Positions 26,150-35,677 of a stretch of 64,000 nt of DNA are shown piece after piece. Numbering within the stretch: the first letter of the stretch is position 1; every line of letters starts with the position of its first letter. The DNA comes from a virus, in IMG/VR virus record IMGVR_UViG_3300017605_001304, positions 64,001-128,000 of that record, one strand, 5' to 3'. The notes under the pieces are model-generated. The model worked only from the letters and a program-made list of their open reading frames with translations, had not been told where the DNA came from and made no database searches. Both the position numbers and the translations under genes were made by a program.

Positions 26150-27178
26150 TTACCCCCACACAGGCGGAACGGCCGGCGCGAGCGAGCGCAGGTCATCTTC
26201 CAGCCGCTGCCGGTCTTGCCGGCTCTCGTCTAGAAGCTGCGCTGCGTCGAGCGTCAGCGTTCCACCGGGGCTCGGGACCGTCCCGCTCCACTTGCCGCGG
26301 GTCCGGCCGAGGATCTCCTTCGCGACGGCAAGTGCGTATTGTCGGAACCACGCGTGGTGCGAGACCGGGATCTGGTCGATCGCGACGTCGGCGTAGTAGC
26401 GGTACGAGACGTCGTAGAGGCTCGGGTCCTGAGAACCCGAGGGCCCGCCGAGCGAGATGTAGAGCGTCCCGTTCTCAACTCGCCAAGTCCACTCGGGCTC
26501 GACCGACGCCTGCCTACGCACTGTTTCCCAGTGCGACTGCGAGAGCACGAACTCGTCGAACTGGATCTGCGGCCAGATCGGGAACTCGCGGCCGAAGAAC
26601 GGGAACGACGTCAGGTTCAACTGCTGCTTGCGAACGAACTGCACGTCCGCAACGCCGCGTGAGCCGACGCCCGGCAGCGGGTAGGCGAAGATGCCGGCGC
26701 TCAGCACCACGGTGTCCGACAGCTCGCGGGCGCACCAGCGGTTGTACACCGTGAGCGCTTCGTTCATGCACGTCGCGAGCTGCCCGCTCGTGAGCTCGAC
26801 GGCCACGGACGGGAAGCCCAGCATGTTGAAGACGTACTGCCGGATCGAGTCGGAGTTGACGCCGCTCGCGATCGGGTATTCAGCCGTCAGCACGGTCGGG
26901 AACGGATCAACCTGGATGCCGAGCTGGTTCGCGTACCACTTCGCCGTGATCCGGCCCTGCACATAATTGCTGGCGTCGATGTACGTGTAGTAGAACGTCC
27001 CCTGCGCGTCCGAGCCTTGCACGATCGAGACCGAGGAGTCGGTCCCGAGTGCCCGGGTCTCAGTCACCGTCACGGCGCCCGCCTGGAAGATCTGGACCGA
27101 GAGGTCCTGATCGACCACGTCGCCGAGCCCGGTGTCGTCATTGACGAAGCGGATGTCCAACAGAACTGGAAGCGCCAT
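26150..27178 (-). CDS. Neck / head-tail adaptor (gp13-like) with N-terminal beta extension
   Basis: IRQY...LGFPSVAVELT; WFRQYALAVAKEILGRTRGKW...PGG...LD. Confidence 0.9.
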   Translation of the reverse strand: MALPVLLDIRFVNDDTGLGDVVDQDLSVQIFQAGAVTVTETRALGTDSSVSIVQGSDAQGTFYYTYIDASNYVQGRITAKWYANQLGIQVDPFPTVLTAEYPIASGVNSDSIRQYVFNMLGFPSVAVELTSGQLATCMNEALTVYNRWCARELSDTVVLSAGIFAYPLPGVGSRGVADVQFVRKQQLNLTSFPFFGREFPIWPQIQFDEFVLSQSHWETVRRQASVEPEWTWRVENGTLYISLGGPSGSQDPSLYDVSYRYYADVAIDQIPVSHHAWFRQYALAVAKEILGRTRGKWSGTVPSPGGTLTLDAAQLLDESRQDRQRLEDDLRSLAPAVPPVWG

Positions 27179-27181
27179 CGC

Positions 27182-28693
27182 TTATCTCTCCCGTCCAGCC
27201 AGACGAAGGCGTGTGTCGCCATGGACGCGGCCGCGGATCGCGACGTCGAGCCCCAGCGACGCCGCTCGATCCGTCACGAAGACGCCCAGGTCGCAGCCGA
27301 GCTGCAGGCCGCCGCGCTGGATCACGGCCAGATCGAGGCCGAGCGTGAGGACGGCGTCGAGCACCTTGACCGCGGTCGCCGTCGCGAGGTCTGTCGTGCT
27401 CTGCGCTCGCACGACGCTGGTGAGGCCCAGGGACACGTGGTCGGTCTCGGCGATCCCCGCGCTGGTCGCGAGGTCCGCCGTGAGCTCCGAGGCCACGAAG
27501 AGGTCCAGGACGACCTGCTTGAAGCTCGAAGTTCCGATCCAGGTCGAGAGGCTGAGGTTGATCGTGCGGTTCCCGGTCCCGACGACCAGGGTGTCCGAGG
27601 ACAGGTTGATCGCGTGCCCGACCGCCACTCCCAGATCGGTCAGGAGCGTCGTCAGGAGCGTCTCCGCGACGCCCGTCGACGTCGACAGGTTCAGCACCGG
27701 TGCGCCCTTGACCACGGCCGTGGTGGCCACGGAGAGCGTCTTCGGTGCGCGAATGGCTGCCATCGTCGGCAGCGATAGCTGGAGGCCCTGAGCGACGGCC
27801 GTCGACAGGTTGAGCGAGAGGGTCGGCGCGAGCTGGACGACGGTGTCGAGGCCCAGGAACGTCGTGAGCGAGCTCTGAGAGACGAGCGTCGTGAGCCCGA
27901 GGCTCAGGACCGGCTGCACGTACGTCGTCGACGTGAGCGCGAGCGTACGCCCCATGCTCGCGACGGCCGAGGTGAGGCCGAGCGACGCCGACTGCGGGAA
28001 GACGACCAGGGTGTCCGCGCCGAGCTGCAGGGCGATGGGCGCCTGCACCGCGGTCTTCGTCGCCATCATCACGAAGCGCGACAGCGCCACGGCGGTCGAG
28101 AGGGACAGAGTCGACGACGTCGAGAACGCCACCGCGACGTTCGTCCACAGGAACGTGAGCACGTCGGGGTCGCTGATCGCGGCGTCGGCGCCGAGCAGCG
28201 ACTGCCCGCTAGTCATCCCGAGCGAGATGGCGGTGTCGAGCGAGAGGTTCTTCGTCCGGTTCGTCTGCTGCACGGCCACGCCGGTCGGCACCGCGGAGAA
28301 CCGCGACGCCTGCACCGCCGAGGTCAGCAGCAAGAGCTGGTTCACGTTCGCCACGGAGATGGCCGTGCTAGTCGCGAGCGTCTTGAAGTACGTGCCGACG
28401 ATCGTGTCGACCAGCAAGGTCTGCGCGACGTCTGCGAACTGGACCGCGGTCGTCTCCCCCAGCGACAAGGTCAAGGGGGTTTGCACCGCCGCCTGTGACG
28501 TCAGATTCAGGGTCAGATTCGAGAACTGAACCGCGTTGGTGAGGCCGAGGTCCAGCGTCGTGTTGGGCATCACCACAACGGTGTCCTCGCTGAGCAAGAG
28601 GGACGTCTGAGCCAGCACGCCGAGATCAAGACCCAGCGGCAGGGAGACAACCGTGCCTCCGAGAAGATTGTTCTGCAGGATCGGCAGAAGCAC
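27182..28693 (-). CDS. Leu/Thr/Ser/Ala-rich beta-repeat fibre-like protein
   Basis: Recurring LxLxLxTxV units about every 15 aa. Confidence 0.55.
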   Translation of the reverse strand: MLLPILQNNLLGGTVVSLPLGLDLGVLAQTSLLLSEDTVVVMPNTTLDLGLTNAVQFSNLTLNLTSQAAVQTPLTLSLGETTAVQFADVAQTLLVDTIVGTYFKTLATSTAISVANVNQLLLLTSAVQASRFSAVPTGVAVQQTNRTKNLSLDTAISLGMTSGQSLLGADAAISDPDVLTFLWTNVAVAFSTSSTLSLSTAVALSRFVMMATKTAVQAPIALQLGADTLVVFPQSASLGLTSAVASMGRTLALTSTTYVQPVLSLGLTTLVSQSSLTTFLGLDTVVQLAPTLSLNLSTAVAQGLQLSLPTMAAIRAPKTLSVATTAVVKGAPVLNLSTSTGVAETLLTTLLTDLGVAVGHAINLSSDTLVVGTGNRTINLSLSTWIGTSSFKQVVLDLFVASELTADLATSAGIAETDHVSLGLTSVVRAQSTTDLATATAVKVLDAVLTLGLDLAVIQRGGLQLGCDLGVFVTDRAASLGLDVAIRGRVHGDTRLRLAGRER

Positions 28694-28739
28694 GGTTGTC
28701 CCCTAGGGGCTATGTCATGGGCATGAACGCCACAGAGGA

Positions 28740-30365
28740 TTAGAAGTAGGTCGTAACGACGACCATGCCGTGACCGCCCGCGCCTCCACCCTGCGACCCA
28801 GACGCGGTGCCGCCACCGCCGCCACCGCCGCCAGGGAATCCGCCGTTACCAGCGTGCGTCGCAGAGTCTCCCGCGCACGCACCGGAGCCGCCATGCGGGA
28901 ACCGCGTCGAGTCATTGCCGTTCGCACCGGCCGCGGCCGCGGGAGCTGAAGCACCGCCGCCCATGCCGGGACCGGAGTTGACGCCAGTGGTCGAGCGTCC
29001 GCCCGCACCACCACCGCCGCCGCGCAGCGACCATCCGTTGTTCGCGGAGGTCGTCCCAGTATCAACATCCGCGCCGGATTCTCCGCCGCCACCGCCCCAT
29101 TCTGCAGGTGAGCCACCGACCGGGGACAGCGTGCCGGCGCCGCCACGACCCCCGCCGCCACCGCTGGCCGGGATGTTGTTCGCCGCCGGGACCGTGTAGA
29201 GATCCGAACGGCTCGTGTTGGCGACGAGCGCCGTGAGTCCGCGACCGGCTCCACATCCGCCGTTCCCACCATCCGCAGAGACTGCGCCGGTCGCGGCCGT
29301 TCCGGCGACGCGGCGCGCCGACGTCAGCGGGCCTTGCCCACCCTTGTCAAACTCCGAGAGCACGCCCGCATTGCCGTTCGTGCCGTCCGTATTCGCGGTC
29401 GCGGCGCCGCCCTTGCCGGCGTGAACAGTCACCGACGTGCCGAGGTCCGTCGGGTCGAACCACGCCTCGTCGTACCCGCCACCACCGCCACCACCGCCGC
29501 CCGCCGCTGTCACCGCATTGCGACCGGCCGATCCGCTGCCACCGCCATCGCAGATCTGCACGAAGCACTTCCGCGCGCCCGGCCCCGGGCGCTGCCAAGT
29601 GTCATCGAGATCTGCAGCGGAACCGATGAAGAACTGGGTTTCGCTAGGCCGGGGCGCCGGGAAGTCGCGGTTCCCGCTGATGGTCGGGAGGAAGTGGATA
29701 CGCGTCGCCACCTCGACCGTGGAGCTGGCCCACGTCATCGTCGTGGCGGCGGTCCCTGCCGCCACGGCCCGCGTGCCGCTGACCATGACGAGGCCGCCGC
29801 CCGTGCCGTCCGTCGTCGATCCGTCGAACTGCTCGGTGATGCTCGTGAGGTTGGAGTTCGTCGCGGCCGACGCCTGCCCACCGGTGGCGTCGATGGCATG
29901 CGCCCAGAGGTCGACGACGAGCGTGTTGTCGATCCACGTCTGCGTCACGGCCGATGAGGCCGACGTCGACGCAGTGAACTTCCACGACTGCCCGCCCAGG
30001 TGGAACGGATCCCCGATGTTCGGGCAGCCATGGACCGAGAACATGAACCCGTAGGTGTGGTCACCTGCGTCGGTAAGCGTCGGCGCAGTCTCGCTGCCGC
30101 TGTCCCGCTTCCAGAAGATCGAGAGCTTCGTGCTGGCGGCAGTCGCCGCCGCACCGATCCCGTTCTGCGGACCGATCTGCTTGTACCCGGCCGGCGCCGC
30201 GTAGTTGGCGTCGTTCGAGCACTGGATCACGAGTACGAGAATGTCGTCGGCATCGTGCACGCTAGGCAGCGTCGCCGTCGGCACCCCGGTCGAATGGAAC
30301 TCCGCGCCGACGCTCGCGATCGTAGGGAGAGTCGGCGTGCGGCTAAGGAGAGGATACAGCGGCAT
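28740..30365 (-). CDS. Glycine-rich fibre protein
   Basis: N-terminal beta-sandwich; poly-Gly tracts; GAGGHGMVVVTTYF end. Confidence 0.7.
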   Translation of the reverse strand: MPLYPLLSRTPTLPTIASVGAEFHSTGVPTATLPSVHDADDILVLVIQCSNDANYAAPAGYKQIGPQNGIGAAATAASTKLSIFWKRDSGSETAPTLTDAGDHTYGFMFSVHGCPNIGDPFHLGGQSWKFTASTSASSAVTQTWIDNTLVVDLWAHAIDATGGQASAATNSNLTSITEQFDGSTTDGTGGGLVMVSGTRAVAAGTAATTMTWASSTVEVATRIHFLPTISGNRDFPAPRPSETQFFIGSAADLDDTWQRPGPGARKCFVQICDGGGSGSAGRNAVTAAGGGGGGGGGYDEAWFDPTDLGTSVTVHAGKGGAATANTDGTNGNAGVLSEFDKGGQGPLTSARRVAGTAATGAVSADGGNGGCGAGRGLTALVANTSRSDLYTVPAANNIPASGGGGGRGGAGTLSPVGGSPAEWGGGGGESGADVDTGTTSANNGWSLRGGGGGAGGRSTTGVNSGPGMGGGASAPAAAAGANGNDSTRFPHGGSGACAGDSATHAGNGGFPGGGGGGGGTASGSQGGGAGGHGMVVVTTYF

Positions 30366-30377
30366 CTGCGCCTCCTG

Positions 30378-33300
30378 TTACGTGTACTCGACGACGCGCG
30401 CGGCGCCGGTGGCCGACACCCAGATGCCGTCCACATTGCCGGTGTAATTGAAGGGACACTCGTAGTACCCGTTCGCAGGAACCTGCAACGTGTAGCTCGT
30501 ATTGCTTGCTGTCGTTCCATTCTTGAGATAGAGAATGGAGGTCGAATCGTTGTAAACGCTGTAGCCAAGCCGGTTGGAGTTGGAGGTCAGCAGCGTCGTG
30601 CTCGACGCCAGTGCGTTCACAGTATTCGTGGTCGCCGTGGCCGAAGTCACGGCCTTCGTGGTGACGGTCGCAGCGATCGAGATCGGCTGGGTGACGGCCG
30701 AGCCGTCGACCTTCATGGCCTTGCTGGCCGTGATGGTCAGGCGCTGTCCGCGGGTCGTCTCGTCTTCGATGACGAGGACCTGGGCGCGCTTGGAGTCGAT
30801 GCGCCCTGCCGCGACGTCGTTCTCAGTAAGCGCCGTCGCGCCCGACACGTTGTCGTCGTAGTAGTAACCCGCCGGGAAGACGGGCGTCGTCGCATCGGTG
30901 AAGGGCGCGTTGTCCGCGACGGCCAACTGCTCCGTCGTGTTCACCGAGCCCGAGACCGTGACCGCACCGCTGGAGATCGTGGTGCTACCGGCGACGAGGT
31001 TGACCCGGATCGCGTTGTTGGTCGCGTCGCCGGGCTTCACCAGGGTGTTGCCGGTATCCGTGATCGCCGCGGCCAGCGGCGACGAGGCCGGAGCATCGAC
31101 GGTCAGCGATCCCGCGTTGTCCGAGACCGGGAAGGGTCCCGTACCCGCATTCGCAGTGACCGTGCCGGAGACCGGCTGGGTGACGGCCGAGCCGTCCACC
31201 TTGAGCGCATTCGTGAGCTGGACCTGATCGGTCGCGAGCGTCACGCGCAGCGTGCCCGCGCTCTTGCTGCCCGAGTTCGTGTCGACCGCGGTACCGGCCC
31301 ACTGCGTCTGGTTCACCGACTGGTTGGCCGACAGCGCGCCAATCGTGTTCGTACCGGCCGGGAGCGCCGAGCTCAGCGCCACCGTGCTCGTGCCACGCGA
31401 CGCACGGATGCTGACCGTCGACGAGTTCGTACCCGCCGTCGAGACCCGCACCCGGAAGGCGGTGAACCCGGTGATGTTGCCCTGGGTCTGGACGTCGCCC
31501 GCCGCCTGCGTGACCGTGTTCGCCACCGCGCCGGTCGAGACGGTGCCAGCCGTGCCGGAGATGGCCACCATGTTGACCGGCTGGAAGTTCGTGCCGTCGA
31601 CCGAGCCTTCGAAGACGAGGGTGCCGGTGCCCGTGCCCCAGGTGATGCGCACGCCCACGCCGCCGTAGCCCACGAGCGACGACACCGTGATGGCGTTCGC
31701 CGTCGAGGTCATGCTGAGCGACTGCGTGACCTGCGTCGTGTCGTTGCCCGAGCGCTCACGGTCCCAGGTGGAACCGTTCCAACCCAAGGCCAGCGCACCG
31801 ACCGAAGTTGTAGTCGGATTGGCCGTGGCATCGGCCAGCGCCGCAGCCGCCGGAAGCTCCGAGTCGACTGCAAGCGTGCCAGTACCGGCATTGGCCGTGA
31901 CCGTGCCGGAGATCGTGAAGGTGCCCGAGCCCGCATTCGCGGTCACCGTGCCGGAGACCGGTTGCGTGACCGCAGAGCCATCGACCTTGAGGGCGTTGGT
32001 GAGCGCCGGCTGATCGGTCGCGATGACGATGCGCTGCGTACCGGCGCTCTTGGTGCCGGAGTTCGTGTCGATGTTCGTGCCGCCGAGCTGCAGCGTATTC
32101 GTCGCGAAGTTGCCGGCACCCGGATTCGCCGTGACCGTGCCCGAGATGGTCTGCGTGCCCGACGGGATGTTGCGCACGACAAGCCCGAGGTCGCTGCCTC
32201 CGGGAGTCGTGGTCGCCGTCGCGAGCTCCGTCCCGTCCGCCTTGCGCAGGTTCGTATGGAACGCGCGCTTGGCCGTGATGCGGACTGCGGCTGCCTGATC
32301 TTCGGTCGGGTCGGCGGAGATCGTGTCGTTCAGCACGCCGCCGGACGGGGTGAAGGTCGTGGAGCCTTCCGTGAACGTGCTCTTGTCGGCTTGCGCCGTG
32401 CCGCCCGAGCCAGCACCGGCGACGATGTTCACACGAATGGCGTTGTTGCCGGCATCGCCCGGCTTGACCAGCGTGTTGCTGGTATCGGTGATGGCGACGG
32501 CGACGGGGGTCGCAGCCGGAGCATCGACCGTGAGCGAGCCCGAGTTGTCGGAGACAGGGAATGGGCCCGTACCGGCATTCGCCGTCACGGTTCCCGAAAC
32601 CGCCTGGGTTCCAGACGGGATGTTGCGGACGATCAGCGCCTGCTCCGAGCCGCCCGGAGTCGACGTGGCCGAGGCCAGCTCGACTCCGGTGGCGCTCCGC
32701 AGGTTCGCATGCAGGCCGCGCTTCGCCGTCATGCGCAGCGCCGCGGCCTGATCCTCGGTCGGATCCGCCGAGATCGTGTCGTTCAGCACAGCCCCGACAG
32801 GAGTGAACGTCGTCGTGCCTTCCGTGAAGGTCGACTTGTCCGCCTGCGCGGTACCACCTGAGCCGGCGCCCGCCACGATGTTGACGCGGATCGCGTTGTT
32901 GCCTGCGTCCCCGGGCTTGACGAGCGTGTTGCTCGTGTCCGTGATCGCGGTGGCGACCGGCGTCGCCGCAGGCGCGTCCACGGTGAGAGAGCCGGAGTTA
33001 TCGGAAACCGGGAAAGGTCCCGTACCCGCGTTCGCCGTGACCGTGCCCGAGACCGTCGTAGTTCCCGTCGCGCGGGTGACGAGGCCGTAGTCCGAGCCGC
33101 CGGGCGTCGTGTTCGTGACGACGACGACGTTGGTGCCGTCCGTGACCTTGGTCTTCTGCGTGCCGTCCGTCTGCGCCGAAGAGACGGCCGCAAGCGTCGA
33201 CTGCGTGGCCAGCGAACCCGAGGTCCCGATGTTCGCCGTGATCGTGCCGTCGACCGTGAGCGAGCTGGAGTTGTCGTCGACGTGGAAGACCTGGGAGCCG

Positions 33301-33539
33301 CCCGACACGGGCTGGGTCACCGCCGAGCCGTCGACCTTGAGGGCGTTGGCGCCGGTCACGGCGACGGCGTTCGTCCCGTCGCTGGGGCGCACATAGAGCG
33401 GGGAGCCCGAGTGCACGTCCGTCGCGGCGCCATCCGCGCCCTGCTGAATCTTGACGCGCTGGACCTTGACGCCCGCGATGTCGTCGGTGCTGACGGTATC
33501 GCCGCCGGACCCGGCGTTCAGAATCGTGTTGTCGGACAC
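30378..33539 (-). CDS. Long repetitive fibre protein (head/collar region)
   Basis: 151-aa tandem duplication; four (L/M)KVDGSAVTQP units; repeated SGTVTAN. Confidence 0.75.
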   Translation of the reverse strand: MSDNTILNAGSGGDTVSTDDIAGVKVQRVKIQQGADGAATDVHSGSPLYVRPSDGTNAVAVTGANALKVDGSAVTQPVSGGSQVFHVDDNSSSLTVDGTITANIGTSGSLATQSTLAAVSSAQTDGTQKTKVTDGTNVVVVTNTTPGGSDYGLVTRATGTTTVSGTVTANAGTGPFPVSDNSGSLTVDAPAATPVATAITDTSNTLVKPGDAGNNAIRVNIVAGAGSGGTAQADKSTFTEGTTTFTPVGAVLNDTISADPTEDQAAALRMTAKRGLHANLRSATGVELASATSTPGGSEQALIVRNIPSGTQAVSGTVTANAGTGPFPVSDNSGSLTVDAPAATPVAVAITDTSNTLVKPGDAGNNAIRVNIVAGAGSGGTAQADKSTFTEGSTTFTPSGGVLNDTISADPTEDQAAAVRITAKRAFHTNLRKADGTELATATTTPGGSDLGLVVRNIPSGTQTISGTVTANPGAGNFATNTLQLGGTNIDTNSGTKSAGTQRIVIATDQPALTNALKVDGSAVTQPVSGTVTANAGSGTFTISGTVTANAGTGTLAVDSELPAAAALADATANPTTTSVGALALGWNGSTWDRERSGNDTTQVTQSLSMTSTANAITVSSLVGYGGVGVRITWGTGTGTLVFEGSVDGTNFQPVNMVAISGTAGTVSTGAVANTVTQAAGDVQTQGNITGFTAFRVRVSTAGTNSSTVSIRASRGTSTVALSSALPAGTNTIGALSANQSVNQTQWAGTAVDTNSGSKSAGTLRVTLATDQVQLTNALKVDGSAVTQPVSGTVTANAGTGPFPVSDNAGSLTVDAPASSPLAAAITDTGNTLVKPGDATNNAIRVNLVAGSTTISSGAVTVSGSVNTTEQLAVADNAPFTDATTPVFPAGYYYDDNVSGATALTENDVAAGRIDSKRAQVLVIEDETTRGQRLTITASKAMKVDGSAVTQPISIAATVTTKAVTSATATTNTVNALASSTTLLTSNSNRLGYSVYNDSTSILYLKNGTTASNTSYTLQVPANGYYECPFNYTGNVDGIWVSATGAARVVEYT
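32140..33060. repeat. 453-bp-period tandem duplication within the fibre gene; partial third copy near 31000-31170
   Basis: Near-identical protein repeats with divergent synonymous sites. Confidence 0.8.
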
Positions 33540-33552
33540 TTTTCACTCCTCG

Positions 33553-34083
33553 CTATGCAGCCACCACGGGCTTGACCTCTGCGTACCACTTCTCGGCGGC
33601 TGATTGGAAGTTGATGTGATCGGAGGTCTGTTCGATGGCGCCGTCGAACTTGACGATCCGTTGCGTCGGAATCACTGCGCCGTCTTTCGTCGTGACTTCA
33701 ATGACGAGGCCCTCGGCCGGAGGGCTCAAGAAGCAAACGCTCCGGCCGAGGGTCTGGTCCGGCTGCAACTGTTCCACGCCAATCAAGTAAGACGCGATGA
33801 AGGTACTGCCGCCCTGCAACAGACAGAATGTCCTGCGCAGCAGGATGGGATGCTGTCCTGGGCGCAGTTGAATGGAAGCCGACTTCAAGCCCGGCATCGT
33901 CGGGAGCCATGCGATTTCCGACATCGGGCGCAGGAAGTCGATCTTGCTTTCCTCCCCGGTCGGGGAGATCTGATCTAGGACTGTGCCGTCCGCATACGTA
34001 ATCCGCCAAATGTACTTGTAGCGGTTACGAATGATGACTTGGGTCTGCGCGTCAGTGCAGACGATCTCCGTCACTTCTGCCAC
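33553..34083 (-). CDS. Hypothetical protein
   Basis: AGGAGG SD before GTG; WRITYADGTVLDQ. Confidence 0.6.
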   Translation of the reverse strand: MAEVTEIVCTDAQTQVIIRNRYKYIWRITYADGTVLDQISPTGEESKIDFLRPMSEIAWLPTMPGLKSASIQLRPGQHPILLRRTFCLLQGGSTFIASYLIGVEQLQPDQTLGRSVCFLSPPAEGLVIEVTTKDGAVIPTQRIVKFDGAIEQTSDHINFQSAAEKWYAEVKPVVAA

Positions 34084-34103
34084 AGCAGACCCTCCTAGAT
34101 CGG

Positions 34104-34592
34104 TTAAATCTCGTCCCACACCGCCTGCACGTTGCCCGACGAGTTCGTGTTCTGCAGCCCGGAGACCGCGGTCGTACCGACCGTGATCGCGAGGTAGAGC
34201 AGGTTGCCGATCTGCCCCGTGCCCGTGAACGTCGTCACGCCCGTCCACGAATAGAACGTGTTGTTCGCCGTATTCGTGTACGCCGCGATCGAGCCCACAT
34301 CCAGCTCGACCGGCTGCGAATACGAGGAGTTGAACTTGTGGTAGCTGTCGACGCCGGTCGTCTCGGTACCGTTGAAGAAGTACCGGACGTTGCTGATCTG
34401 GTTGCTCGGGGCGACGGTGCAGTTGATCCGCATCGCCTTCTCGAACGAGTAATCGACGCCCGAGCCGGGCTTGACCATCGGGTTATTCAGGTCGATGGTC
34501 GCGTCGTTCGCGTTCTTGAAGCGCGCCTGCGTGACCGAGCTCCAGGTCGCAGACGCCGCCGTCGAGTTTTCCCACTGAACAGTTGCAGCCAT
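34104..34592 (-). CDS. Putative virion protein (beta-rich)
   Basis: YSFEK, C-terminal WDEI; downstream of the MCP gene. Confidence 0.6.
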   Translation of the reverse strand: MAATVQWENSTAASATWSSVTQARFKNANDATIDLNNPMVKPGSGVDYSFEKAMRINCTVAPSNQISNVRYFFNGTETTGVDSYHKFNSSYSQPVELDVGSIAAYTNTANNTFYSWTGVTTFTGTGQIGNLLYLAITVGTTAVSGLQNTNSSGNVQAVWDEI

Positions 34593-34595
34593 GTC

Positions 34596-35006
34596 TTACT
34601 TCTCCGGGTTCGTCGCGTCGTAGACGCGAACGATGTTGAGGTGGCTATCCGTTTCGACCTTGAAGTCCTTCAGCTTCCCCTCCTCGACGCCCACGGCCTT
34701 CAGAGCCTGGAAGAATGCATTCTGGAACTCGCGGTACATCTGGGCCGACGTCGCCTGCTCGTTCTTGACCTTCTGATCGAGCTTGGTGCGCTCCGCCTCC
34801 AACGCCTTGAGGCGACGCTTCGAGTCGGCCATGACCCACTCGATCTCGTCGTTCACCTCGTTCAGGCGCTCGCCGGCCGTCGCGACCTGCGAGTTGGCGT
34901 AGGCCAGAAGCGTCTGGAGACGCTCCAGCCGGAGACGATCGGTTTCCTGGATCACGATGTCCTGGGTCACGGGCAGGGCTTCGGTGGTTCCCATGTCCGA
35001 GCTCAC
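34596..35006 (-). CDS. Coiled-coil hypothetical protein
   Basis: Heptad-rich; in operon. Confidence 0.6.
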   Translation of the reverse strand: MSSDMGTTEALPVTQDIVIQETDRLRLERLQTLLAYANSQVATAGERLNEVNDEIEWVMADSKRRLKALEAERTKLDQKVKNEQATSAQMYREFQNAFFQALKAVGVEEGKLKDFKVETDSHLNIVRVYDATNPEK

Positions 35007-35545
35007 TTGCTCAGCGCCCAGTTGCGCAGCAGCTTCACGTTGTCCACGTGCGGCTGCTCGTCATCGATCTTGACGCCGCAGAACTCGGCCACGCGACGCA
35101 GGACACGCCGCTTGTTCAGCTCCTGCGAGATCTGCTCGTCGCGAGCATCGCGGAAGTACAGACGCCACTCCGCGACGGTCTTGCTGTAGACGGTCGGCTC
35201 GCCTGTCGGCTTCTGGCCCTTCCAGGTGGTGAGCGACTCGTCCTCGCCCGACGGGGCGGACAGCAGGTTCAGCGGGTCGTGGATCTTGCTGCGCTCCACG
35301 GTGATGAACAGCGGCTGCAGCGCCTTCCAGTCCCGGCAGTTCTCGAAATACTTGCCGACGATGATGCCGCCTGCAGGCAGCGCGTACAGCGACCCGTCCG
35401 GCATGGACAGCACGACAGGCGCGTCCGTAGTGAACGTGGACGTCGTCTTCCCTTCCTGGACCTTCGCCTGCTTCGTGCGATTGATCCAGAGCGGCATCTC
35501 CCGCGTGGGAGTGAACGTGCCCGTTGCGAGTGCATTGGTAGCCAC
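35003..35545 (-). CDS. Hypothetical protein
   Basis: AAGGAG SD; GTG start. Confidence 0.6.
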   Translation of the reverse strand: MATNALATGTFTPTREMPLWINRTKQAKVQEGKTTSTFTTDAPVVLSMPDGSLYALPAGGIIVGKYFENCRDWKALQPLFITVERSKIHDPLNLLSAPSGEDESLTTWKGQKPTGEPTVYSKTVAEWRLYFRDARDEQISQELNKRRVLRRVAEFCGVKIDDEQPHVDNVKLLRNWALSK

Positions 35546-35628
35546 GAAATCTCCTTCGCCACCGGTGAAGTGGCATGAATGGGACCGTACAGAGGATGGA
35601 CGTCACCGGGGTTCGATGACGATCGGTG

Positions 35629-35658
35629 CCCTGGCAGGGCCGTGTGGCCCTGCCAGGG
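35629..35658 (-). terminator. Strong hairpin after the major capsid gene
   Basis: Perfect 13-bp inverted repeat CCCTGGCAGGGCC-N4-GGCCCTGCCAGGG, 20 nt past the stop; no U-tract. Confidence 0.65.
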
Positions 35659-35677
35659 TTCGTTACTCAGTGCTCGA

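Noticed and set aside
32140-33060. Diversity-generating retroelement TR/VR pair
   Set aside because: Differences between the repeats are synonymous and include C/G swaps rather than being adenine-specific; no reverse transcriptase is present in the window
14850-35595. Possible late-promoter motif (CATGAA...GAT on the plus strand near 14854, 28722, 35574)
   Set aside because: Spacing is variable and there are too few instances to distinguish it from chance without TSS data
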